Assembly: GCA_949373145.1 (NCBI GenBank)
Contig: CASICI010000008.1
Location: forward strand, 63,078-127,077
DNA: 64,000 nucleotides
DNA from: an uncultured Phycisphaerales bacterium
GTDB lineage: Bacteria > Planctomycetota > Phycisphaerae > Phycisphaerales > SM1A02
Direction of reading: 5' to 3'
The notes beneath the pieces were generated by a model that was not told where the DNA came from, did no database searches, and saw nothing but the letters and a program-made list of their open reading frames with translations. This document shows positions 1-8,435 of this stretch, piece after piece (positions within the stretch are counted from its first letter, which is position 1; each line of letters begins with the position of its first letter). The position numbers were made by a program, and so were the translations under genes.

Positions 1-551
1 GCCTGAAGAGTCGAAAGTGGAATCGATCCGAGGCGAGTGTCGAAGCGTCGAGACATCTCGGCGCCACCAAGACGACCGGAGATGAGCACTCTGATTCCAA
101 GTGCTCCGTTGGTCATGGCGGCTTCGCATCGCATCTTGATCTGACGGCGGAAGTTCGAACGCTTCTTGAGCTGCTCCGCAAGCGCCTCGGCGAGGAGCGT
201 GGCGTCGATTTCAGGGTTCCTGATTTCAACGATCTTGATCACGACCTTGCGACCGGTCATCGCCTGGAGATCGGCGGTGAGCGACTCGACGTCCTGCCCC
301 TTGGGACCCACGACCTGACCCGGACGTGCCGTCCGGATGATGATGGTGAGCACTTCACGGGTGCGTTCGATGAGAATGTCCGAGACCGCCGCGAATGGTG
401 GCGTCCTGTTGAGTCGCTTGTCGACGTACTGTCGAATGCGATAGTCCTCAACGAGGAGTTCGCCGAAAAGCGCCTTGGGCGCGAACCAACGAGACTTGTG
501 GGCCTCGGTGATTCCGACTCGGAATCCGAATGGGTGGGTTTTCTGTCCCAT
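1..551 (-). CDS. rpsC: 30S ribosomal protein S3, N-terminal part only (gene runs off the left edge)
   Basis: Reverse-strand ATG at 549-551 opens MGQKTHPFGFRVGI..., the canonical S3 N-terminus. It lies directly downstream of rplV in S10-operon order. Absent from the ORF track because it is cut by the window edge. Confidence 0.9.
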   Translation of the reverse strand, partial: MGQKTHPFGFRVGITEAHKSRWFAPKALFGELLVEDYRIRQYVDKRLNRTPPFAAVSDILIERTREVLTIIIRTARPGQVVGPKGQDVESLTADLQAMTGRKVVIKIVEIRNPEIDATLLAEALAEQLKKRSNFRRQIKMRCEAAMTNGALGIRVLISGRLGGAEMSRRFDTRLGSIPLSTLQ

Positions 552-620
552 GTACTGGTCCTTGCAGCGACCTTCGTGGCCGCGTCTTGATCTTGAAGTA
601 GATCTACTGATTCAACTGAT

Positions 621-950
621 TCAACGCTCGGCGAGCCGCACGTGAATGTGACTGGTTCTCTTGCGAATTGGATGAGCCCGACCTCGGTCCTTGGGCTGGA
701 AACGCTTGATCGTGGGCCCTTCATCGACCCAGGTGGACTCGACGAAGAGATTGGCGACGTCGGCGTCACTCTCTTCAGCGTTCGCGATCGCACTCTTCAG
801 AACGCCGCGCAGAAAGTACGCGCCGCGTCGTTTGGAGAAATCAAGGGCTGCGATCGCCTGTTCGATGCTTTCGCCACGAACCATGTCCGCGACCAGACGA
901 GCCTTGCGCGGTGAGATTCGAGCGAAACGATGTGATGCTTGGTAGGTCAT
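621..950 (-). CDS. rplV: 50S ribosomal protein L22
   Basis: 109-aa ORF MTYQASHRFARISPRKARLVADMVRG... matches the L22 pattern. Position between rpsS and rpsC. Confidence 0.95.
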   Translation of the reverse strand: MTYQASHRFARISPRKARLVADMVRGESIEQAIAALDFSKRRGAYFLRGVLKSAIANAEESDADVANLFVESTWVDEGPTIKRFQPKDRGRAHPIRKRTSHIHVRLAER

Positions 951-998
951 CTTGAGTGTCTCCGGGAATGGAGCACCTGGCGTGAGACGCCGAGTGCG

Positions 999-1277
999 TT
1001 AATTCCTGATGCCTTCCTTCTTGTTGGTATGGCCTCGGAACAGGCGGGTGGGCGCGAACTCACCAAGCTTGTGACCGACCATGTCCTCAGTACAGAAAAC
1101 ATCGACGAATGCACGTCCGGTGTGCACCTGGAAGGTGTACCCGACGAACTCTGGAACGATGGTGCAGGATCTAGCCCAGGTCTTGATGGGGACGCGTTGT
1201 CCGCTTTCGACCTGCTTCTGCACCTTCAAGTAGAGCTTTTCGTCTACGTATGGGCCTTTTTTCGTTGATCGCGACAT
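999..1277 (-). CDS. rpsS: 30S ribosomal protein S19
   Basis: 92-aa [18 protein letters not shown]...[16 protein letters not shown], the classic S19 sequence. Operon position. Confidence 0.95.
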   Translation of the reverse strand: MSRSTKKGPYVDEKLYLKVQKQVESGQRVPIKTWARSCTIVPEFVGYTFQVHTGRAFVDVFCTEDMVGHKLGEFAPTRLFRGHTNKKEGIRN

Positions 1278-1293
1278 GTCTGCCTCGTGTTCC

Positions 1294-2148
1294 TTAGATC
1301 TTCAACTGTCCGTAACGCACCGACTTGCGGCGACGAATGATTCTGGCGTCACTGCTCTTGCCGCGCTGCCTGGTACGACCACCCTTTGCACCGGTACCGG
1401 CTGCATTGGAAGGTTCGCGTCCACCCTTGGACTTGCCGTCACCGCCACCATGGGGGTGACAATGGTGACTCATGGCCACGCCGCGGGTGGTTGGTCTTCG
1501 GCCGAGCCATCGGGCACGACCGGCTTTACCGAGCTTCACGTTGGAGTGATCGGAATTTCCGAGCACGCCCACTGAAGCACGACACTCCATTGAGATCTGA
1601 CGGATCTCGCCGGAAGGGAGAACGATGGTCGCCCATCGCCCCTCTTTATTCGTAAGTCTCGCACCGACACCGGCACTTCGACAGATCTTGCCACCACGGC
1701 CGGGCTCGAGTTCCACGTTGTGCAGAACGAGGCCGGTGGGAATGTGCTTGACCGGCATGCAATTGCCGGGCTTTGGTTCGACCGCATCGGCCGAGCTGAC
1801 CAGGACGTCGCCATCGGTCACACCCTTGGGAGCCAGGATGTAGCGGAGCGTTCCATCTTCGTACTTGAGAAGTGCGATGTGGCACGAACGGTTGGGATCG
1901 TATTCGACACCGACGACGACCGCGTTCATGTCGTCCTTGGTGCGACGGAAATCAATCCGTCGGTAACGGCGCTTGTGACCGCCGCCACGACCTCGGACGG
2001 TCTTCTTGCCTTGGTTGTTACGGCCACCGGTCTTGGAGAGCGGGGCGAGCAGTGACTTTTCAGGTGTACGCTTGGTGACCTCAACGTGGAGGTTCACCGA
2101 CGCGTTGCGTCGTCCTGGAGTCGTCGGCTTGTAGATTCGAATCGCCAT
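1294..2148 (-). CDS. rplB: 50S ribosomal protein L2
   Basis: The ORF track gives 1294-2184. The canonical L2 N-terminus [14 protein letters not shown] begins at the internal ATG (2146-2148). The C-terminal [10 protein letters not shown] / [11 protein letters not shown] region is typical of L2. Confidence 0.95.
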   Translation of the reverse strand: MAIRIYKPTTPGRRNASVNLHVEVTKRTPEKSLLAPLSKTGGRNNQGKKTVRGRGGGHKRRYRRIDFRRTKDDMNAVVVGVEYDPNRSCHIALLKYEDGTLRYILAPKGVTDGDVLVSSADAVEPKPGNCMPVKHIPTGLVLHNVELEPGRGGKICRSAGVGARLTNKEGRWATIVLPSGEIRQISMECRASVGVLGNSDHSNVKLGKAGRARWLGRRPTTRGVAMSHHCHPHGGGDGKSKGGREPSNAAGTGAKGGRTRQRGKSSDARIIRRRKSVRYGQLKI

Positions 2149-2209
2149 GGGAATTTCCGTTCGTAACTTCAAATGAACCAACACTGGATTCCGTTCCTCG
2201 AGGAGCGGA

Positions 2210-2488
2210 TCAGAAGAGCTGGATCGAGTCCTCCGAGTGAACTTTCACGATTGCTCGTTTGATCGAGCCCGTGGTGACGTAGCCGTGCTTGCGGCGAAGC
2301 GTCTCGCCCCGACGCCGCTGAGTCGCGACACCGACGACACGTACGCCGTAGATTTCTTCAACCGCACGCTTCACGTCGGCCTTGTTGGCCCGACGATCGA
2401 TTTCGAACGTGAATCGGTTGCATTCGTTGGAGTCGATCGTCGCCTTTTCGGTGATGACCGGCTTCTTAATGATCGTGGTGGCTTCCAT
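2210..2488 (-). CDS. rplW: 50S ribosomal protein L23
   Basis: 92-aa ORF with an L23-like sequence (KPVITEKA...). Its start overlaps the rplD stop by 1 nt (TAATG). Confidence 0.9.
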   Translation of the reverse strand: MEATTIIKKPVITEKATIDSNECNRFTFEIDRRANKADVKRAVEEIYGVRVVGVATQRRRGETLRRKHGYVTTGSIKRAIVKVHSEDSIQLF

Positions 2489-3165
2489 TAGGCGGCCTCC
2501 TTCTCTTCGCTGTCCTTGCCGTAGCAGGAGGAATCGATGAAGGATTCGAGCGAAGCCCGATCGATCACCAGGTAGCGGTGGTTGAGTACGTCGAAGGTGT
2601 TGAGCTGATCGACTCGGATGGTGTCGACGTTGGCCAGGTTCCTCGCGGAAAGCGCGGCATCCCGATTGGTGGGATCAAGCGCGACGAGGCAGGTTCGATC
2701 GATGCCGAGCGCCTTGAGCACTGCGGCCATCTCACTGGTCTTGGGAGCGTCGAAGTCGAGATTGTCGACGACCTTGATCTCTTCGATCATGGTGCCTTCG
2801 TAGTTCATCATCTTCGCCAGGACCGAGTTTCGGTTCGCGAGACGACGCATCTGCTTGCTCATCTTGCGACGGAAGCTCTCACGAGTCTTCGCAAACGCGA
2901 CGCCGCCGCCCTTTCGGATGACGGTGCGGTTGGCACCCATTCGTGCGTTGCCGGTGCCCTTCTGGCGATAGATCTTTCGGGTGGAGCCCCGGACCATGCC
3001 GCGGCTCTTCGTACGAGAGCTCGCCTGGCGCTGGTTTCCGTGGACGATCACGTAGGCCTGCTTCAGCAGTGCGCTTCGGATCTCGGGTCCGCCAAGCGTG
3101 GTCTCGTCGATTTCGACGGTATCCACTTTGGCGCCGCTCTTGTTGTAGACAGGAAGTTCAATCAT
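2488..3165 (-). CDS. rplD: 50S ribosomal protein L4
   Basis: 225-aa ORF with the L4 signature ...RQKGTGNARMG...IRKGGGVAF.... Operon position. Confidence 0.9.
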   Translation of the reverse strand: MIELPVYNKSGAKVDTVEIDETTLGGPEIRSALLKQAYVIVHGNQRQASSRTKSRGMVRGSTRKIYRQKGTGNARMGANRTVIRKGGGVAFAKTRESFRRKMSKQMRRLANRNSVLAKMMNYEGTMIEEIKVVDNLDFDAPKTSEMAAVLKALGIDRTCLVALDPTNRDAALSARNLANVDTIRVDQLNTFDVLNHRYLVIDRASLESFIDSSCYGKDSEEKEAA

Positions 3166-3325
3166 CGTCTCATTACCTTGCCGGGCCTTCTGGCCCGCTT
3201 TCGCCGTTCTCTCCGCGCATCTGTCGATATCGATGCGGGGCAGAGGTTGACTCAGGTCCTTGGTGTTGTCACGAACGAGTGGTTCCGTCGCCCCACAGGG
3301 GTGGCGGCCTTCTCGATCTCAGCGG

Positions 3326-3988
3326 TCAGCCTTTGTCAGCTGCCGCCTGTGCCTTTGCTTTCGGCTTGTAAAGCCTCGAGGGTGTCTTGATGTACAGAAT
3401 GCCAGTGTTGGGACCGGGGACCGGACCCTTGACCAGCAGGAGATTTCGTTCATTGTCGATCGAGACCACGTCGAGCGACCGCATCGTGACGCGTTCGCTG
3501 CCCATGTGGCCGGACATGCGCCGGCCCTTCTTGATCTTGGGACCGGTACCGAGGTTGATGCCGCCGCCGCCGATGGAACCGGGGGAACGGTGCGCACGCT
3601 GAACGCCGTGCGAAGCTTCAAGGCCTCGGAAGTGGTATCGCTTCATGACACCCTGGAAACCCTTGCCCTTGCTGACGCCTTCGACGTCGACGTAGAGCAG
3701 ATGGGAGAGCGCGTCGACGGTCAGGATCTGACCGAGCTCGTACTCGGCGACCTCGTCGTCGGAGTCACAGCGGAATTCCGCATGGACACGCTTGGGAGTG
3801 GCGCCGACCTTGGCATCGTGTGCGATCAGCGCACGAGTCGAACGACGGGCCTTCATGTCCTCGAAACCGACCTGGACCGCGCTGTAGCCGTCGGTTTCGA
3901 CGGTCTTGAGCTGCGTGACGACACAGGGACCCACTTCGATCACGGTGACGGGAATGTTCATTCCGTCCTCGGTGAAGTAGCGGGTCAT
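3326..3988 (-). CDS. rplC: 50S ribosomal protein L3 (true start probably upstream, see findings)
   Basis: 220-aa ORF MTRYFTEDGMNIPVTVIEV.... The in-frame codons just upstream (3989-4015) encode IELVGRKVG, the conserved L3 N-terminus, but contain no ATG/GTG/TTG. Confidence 0.9.
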   Translation of the reverse strand: MTRYFTEDGMNIPVTVIEVGPCVVTQLKTVETDGYSAVQVGFEDMKARRSTRALIAHDAKVGATPKRVHAEFRCDSDDEVAEYELGQILTVDALSHLLYVDVEGVSKGKGFQGVMKRYHFRGLEASHGVQRAHRSPGSIGGGGINLGTGPKIKKGRRMSGHMGSERVTMRSLDVVSIDNERNLLLVKGPVPGPNTGILYIKTPSRLYKPKAKAQAAADKG

Positions 3989-4130
3989 TCCTACTTTTCT
4001 GCCGACGAGTTCGATGTGGCATGTCTGTCTTTCAGAGTCTCGAGGTTGTAGTCAGAGGTTCGTGAACGTGACTGGAATTTCAGAACGAAGAAGGCCGCTC
4101 ATTCGTGAGCGACCGGAGGTATGTCAAGGC

Positions 4131-4439
<309 letters not shown>

Positions 4440-4842
4440 AGGGGACCAATCCAAACCGATTCAAAGAGGAGTGTCACCGAAGTGGTGAGTCGTCCCTGCC
4501 GTTCAAGCGATGGACTGCACGTTGCGGTCCATCTCGCGCACCCTTCTTCAAGGAAGACGTCCGGTCTTTTCTGCTGCGCACGAAGGTGACTTCGATCCAG
4601 GAACGATCAGACGGTCGGTCTCTCGAACACTCGGAACACAGAGTGAAGGACCTTCCTGACGTGCGGTGGCGGACGCTGTTAAGACAGGACGCCTGCATGG
4701 AGACAGGCGCGAATCGGAGATGATAGGGATTCGACCTAGCCTGTCAACACGCCCGGAGCTTGGGGCCAAGAGAATACGGGGACTGGGATCGGAGCTGGAG
4801 CCACATGGCAGGGGCTCAAGTCAGGTAGAATGGGCGCCTGAA

Positions 4843-5463
4843 ATGACGCTGCATCGAATCATCCTCTTGTACGGCGCACTGTTCACGGCAACTCTGCCCT
4901 GCTCTGAAGCTGTCGGCTGGACCAATCCGCTGGAAACGGGTCTCATAAGAACCGCCCTGAAATGGACGGAAAAGCCTTTTCAGCCACAACAGGACGTTTC
5001 CACCGAGCCAGAGTCTGTCGAAGGGTACTCCGAAGAACTGGGGCTCCGGTATCCCACCGGACCCGGAATCGCGGCCAGAACGATTCGGGCCAACGGCCAA
5101 GTGATCCTCGAACTGCAGGACACCAGTACTCCACCAAAATGGAAGATTTCTCTTCAGAAAACGCAGGTGGCGCAACTTGGAGAAACGACCCACCTCACGA
5201 ATCGACACACTTCTGCAGGGCCTGAAGTCTCGAAACGACCCACGCCACTCTTGATGGAACGCAGCACACTGAAGATTCGGGTCATGGGCTGGCCGGAATC
5301 ACAGGGTTTTCCCGCAGAATTGATGTATCTGAATGTCCCCCTCGATGGTGACCGCACTGGTCGTCAGTGGCCTTTTGATCATCAGACGGGCTTTCGAACT
5401 TTCTCTACGGGACGCTCTTTGCCGAAGGCGAGTCCTTCGACGCCACCCTCAAACCGATGCTGA
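4843..5463 (+). CDS. hypothetical protein with predicted N-terminal signal peptide
   Basis: Internal ATG at 4843 gives MTLHRIILLYGALFTATLPCSEAVG..., which is signal-peptide-like. I recognised no family. Third-position GC looks weak after about 5330, so the 3' part may not be coding in this frame. Confidence 0.35.
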   Translation: MTLHRIILLYGALFTATLPCSEAVGWTNPLETGLIRTALKWTEKPFQPQQDVSTEPESVEGYSEELGLRYPTGPGIAARTIRANGQVILELQDTSTPPKWKISLQKTQVAQLGETTHLTNRHTSAGPEVSKRPTPLLMERSTLKIRVMGWPESQGFPAELMYLNVPLDGDRTGRQWPFDHQTGFRTFSTGRSLPKASPSTPPSNRC

Positions 5464-5469
5464 ACGAGC

Positions 5470-6378
5470 ATGTATGCCGACCTTCGAATCGAACCCGAGG
5501 ACACTCGGCGCCAGCTCGACTCCACAAGAATCGCTTCCGGAACCCAATTGATCGACACTGATCACTCCGGAGGTCCTTCGAACCATCGCGACCGATACGA
5601 CCCGAGATCTACAGCATCTATGAAGAAGGTCCGGATGGGACCGCGACCGAGAATCGGCTGGCAGAGGCTCTCCACCAGACTGGCACCGATCGAGGCGGTC
5701 GAAGGCAGAATCCCCTCGGAGGATCCCAAAAAGGAGGATCTCGGCCTTCTGATCACCCTTGAAGGTGAAATCGTCAGTGGATTCACCCAGTCCAAGGTGA
5801 CCACCGACACCATTCGAAGACATTGGATCTCACTCGATCGCACCCGAGAACGCTGGTCCGTGCAACGAACCCCCCGAAGAATCATTTCGAGTGGACCCGG
5901 CGGGTTGAATCGGAAGTGGGAAACACCAAGGCGGAAACAGGCGTCGGAACGCCCCCTCAGCCACGATCCACCATCACAATCATCGACTCAGAAGGCATTC
6001 GACAGACCCTCGATGTCCCCCAGCCACCCGTTCCATACATGACTCAGACCGAGTTGTACGTCCTGGGAAGAATCCTGAACCAGATCACATTGACCGACGA
6101 AGTGCAGGCCGACTGGTACGTCCTGGATCGCTCGATCCCTCGTGGTGACGGGATCAGAAAACGACAGGATCGAATCATGCCCATCCCGCGAAGATGGCGG
6201 ATGGACCGTCTCCACGTTCGGCCCTTCAGGAACGTTTCAGCAGAAATTCGATGCCGATGGCTCCAGGCTGTTCAGGCGAACCCCCATCATGGATGGCGAT
6301 CGTCTTCTGATCCTTGAGAAAACAGACCCTAATCGCCTGCTTGAGCTCTATGCTGAACAGGGAATCCCCACCCGTTGA
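5470..6378 (+). pseudogene. unknown coding region whose protein-like signal hops between frames (possible disrupted gene or genes)
   Basis: Protein-like stretches with GC-rich third positions occur in different plus frames. Examples: 5415-5470 LFAEGESFDATLKPMLNEHV, 5960-6190 TITIIDSEGIRQTLDVPQPPVPYMTQTELYVLGRILNQITLTDEVQADWYVLDRSIP, and 6190-6378 DGGWTVSTFGPSGTFQQKFDADGSRLFRRTPIMDGDRLLILEKTDPNRLLELYAEQGIPTR. No family recognised. Confidence 0.25.
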
Positions 6379-6430
6379 GTGATCATCTCGACATCAAGAC
6401 AACTCAAAGACATGTTTCACGAGGCATGAC

Positions 6431-7194
6431 ATGAATCAAGCGTCGCACGAATCCACGAAGGATCGCTCGAGAATCCTTCTGGCCATCCCCGTCTACAACG
6501 AAGCCAAGTACATCGAACCCGTTCTCAGCGAGGTCGGAAAGTATGCACGAGACATTCTGGTGGTCGACGATGGTTCGACCGACGACACTCCCCTGCTGCT
6601 CGCGAAACATCAGGTCGAAGTGATCCGCCATGCGGTCAACCGAGGCTACGGGCGTTCGATCACGGACATGTTGCGCTGGGCGGACTTCGATGGATACGAC
6701 TGGCTCATCACGATGGACTGCGATGAGCAGCACGAACCTGCCGCCATTCCGGAGTTCATCGAGGCGATCGAGACGATGGACGCCGATGTGATCTCGGGAA
6801 GTCGCTATCTGGTCGACGGAAGAAGGCAGCGACACGCCACCGGCAGACCGACGAGCGATCAACGGCATCATCACCGAAGAGATCAATCAACTTCTGGGAT
6901 TCAAACTGACGGATGCCTTCTGCGGCTTCAAGGCGTACCGGATCTCATCCTGCAAGGCGTTGTCTCTGGACATCACCGGGTATGAATTCCCGATGCAGTT
7001 CTGGGTTCAGGCGGCCGCGCAAGAAGCTTCGAATCGCGGAGATTCCGGTGCGTCTGATCTACAACGACCCCACCAGAAGCTTCGGGGGACCGCTCGATCA
7101 ATCCGACAACAGACTGGCCTCGTATCGCTCGACGATCCAGAGAGAGCTCGACCGCTGCGCGGATGAGCTGTCCATGTTGAAACTGAACGGATGA
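6431..7194 (+). pseudogene. family-2 glycosyltransferase (DPM1-like) interrupted by two +1 frameshifts
   Basis: Frame 2 gives ILLAIPVYNEAKYIEPVL...VVDDGSTDDT...DCDEQHEP...SGSRYL. The sequence then continues one base further on as EEGSDTPPADRRAINGIITEEINQLLGFKLTDAFCGFKAYRISSCKALSLDITGYEFPMQFWVQAA. It continues one more base on as KKLRIAEIPVRLIYNDPTRSFGGPLD.... The break points lie within 6792-6830 and at about 7017-7022. Confidence 0.8.
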
Positions 7195-7198
7195 TCAG

Positions 7199-8420
7199 AT
7201 GAGTCGAGGGACTCTCCTCTGCGGACACCAACCTGGTTTTCATCACCCGGGCATTCTCGCGAAGAGAGTCATGCAGCACGCCTGCGCCTCATCCGACGGC
7301 GTCGAGGCGACCTGGATGCTGGTCGATCAGGATGTCGGCGACCCGGGAGCGATCCGGTACCCCGATCTGAACGATCGAGGCGAGCTGATCGAAGGAACCT
7401 GGCACGCCGTCTCGCACCTGAGCGACCATCCGACGGGCACCACCGAATGGACGGGTGCACTTGACCGAACCACCCCGGGTCTCGAAGGAGATGCCGGACT
7501 CCGTGCAAAGAGGACTGCAGGACATCCACCGCGCGCTCCATGACGCGGAAGGCGACACGCTGGCCGAGCGCTTTCACACGGCACAGGAACAACTCCTCCA
7601 GACACGACTCCCTGATCTGGTCGGTCCGACTCCGGAGACCCTGCGTGCCACGACGATTCTCGAGAGCGATGCCGGCAACGCCATGGTGTCCTCGGTGCTC
7701 GAGTCGCCCGTAGCCTGCGCGTTGGCCTGGAACGAAGCAGGACGTCTGGTGCCCAGAGCCGCTCGAGCCCTGAAGATCGACCGAGCGACGCCTCACCGAA
7801 CGGAAGTCCCCTGCTGGACGCTTGACGATGCCGGGCGCCGAATCCCCGCGACGGTCGAGGATCTGCAGAGACATCGTGATGGCACGGGTGTGATTCATCC
7901 CCGAGCTTTCTTGATGACTGCCGTGCTTCGTTCGACCAGCACGCTTCCCATGATTCATGGAACCGGTGGCGAACGGTACGAACGGGTCACCGATCGATGG
8001 GCCGCCGAATTCCTCGGACTCGACCTGCCCTCCATCCGCGTCTGCACGGCTGACCTGCGACTGCCGCTGGAAGCACCGGGCGCCGAACTGGACGAGGTCG
8101 ATCCACAGGACGCACTCAGACGCCTGGAGCATGACCCCTGGCCGGACGAGACGACCAAGGCGGACCTCGCAGAGGCGATCAGACTCGCGCCACGTCGAAG
8201 CGTCGAAAGACGCCGACTGTTCGATGAGATGCAGTCGATGCTTCGTGCGGAGAGAGACCGTCAGGCACCACGACTGGAAGCACTCAGGGAGGAAGGCAGA
8301 CTCCAGAGTCTCCACTCGGGGCAGCGGCGCGTGGCCAGAGACCGAAGCTGGGCATGGCCGCTCCATGAAGATCAGGCCCTTCGCGGACTCGAGCTCAGGA
8401 CCTCACCACTCGAGGGATGA
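7199..8420 (+). pseudogene. uncharacterised protein, apparently one gene with a +1 frameshift near 7422-7460
   Basis: ORF 7199-7543 (MSRGTLLCGHQPGFHHPGILAK...) has GC-rich third positions only up to about 7450. From there the +1 frame (ORF 7455-8420) carries the coding signal, and that frame is open from 7422. The N-terminal G-H-Q-x-G...P-G...K...W-x4-D-x-D pattern weakly recalls the BshC-family N-terminus (low confidence). Confidence 0.5.
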
Positions 8421-8435
8421 CCAGAACCGGGTGGC

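Noticed and set aside
257-793. 178-aa minus-strand ORF overlapping rpsC and rplV.
   Set aside because: It is out of frame with two clearly identified ribosomal protein genes, and its Ser/Arg/Pro-rich composition is typical of off-frame translation in GC-rich DNA.
5461-5463. In-frame TGA between ORFs 4666-5463 and 5470-6042, considered as a possible selenocysteine or read-through site.
   Set aside because: No SECIS-like hairpin lies immediately downstream, no selenoprotein family is recognisable, and the surrounding region shows general frame instability. A disrupted or mis-framed region is the simpler explanation.
7269-8366. 365-aa minus-strand ORF antisense to the 7455-8420 coding region.
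   Set aside because: The sequence is Arg/Ser/Gly-rich and low in complexity. The plus strand carries the GC-rich third-position signal.
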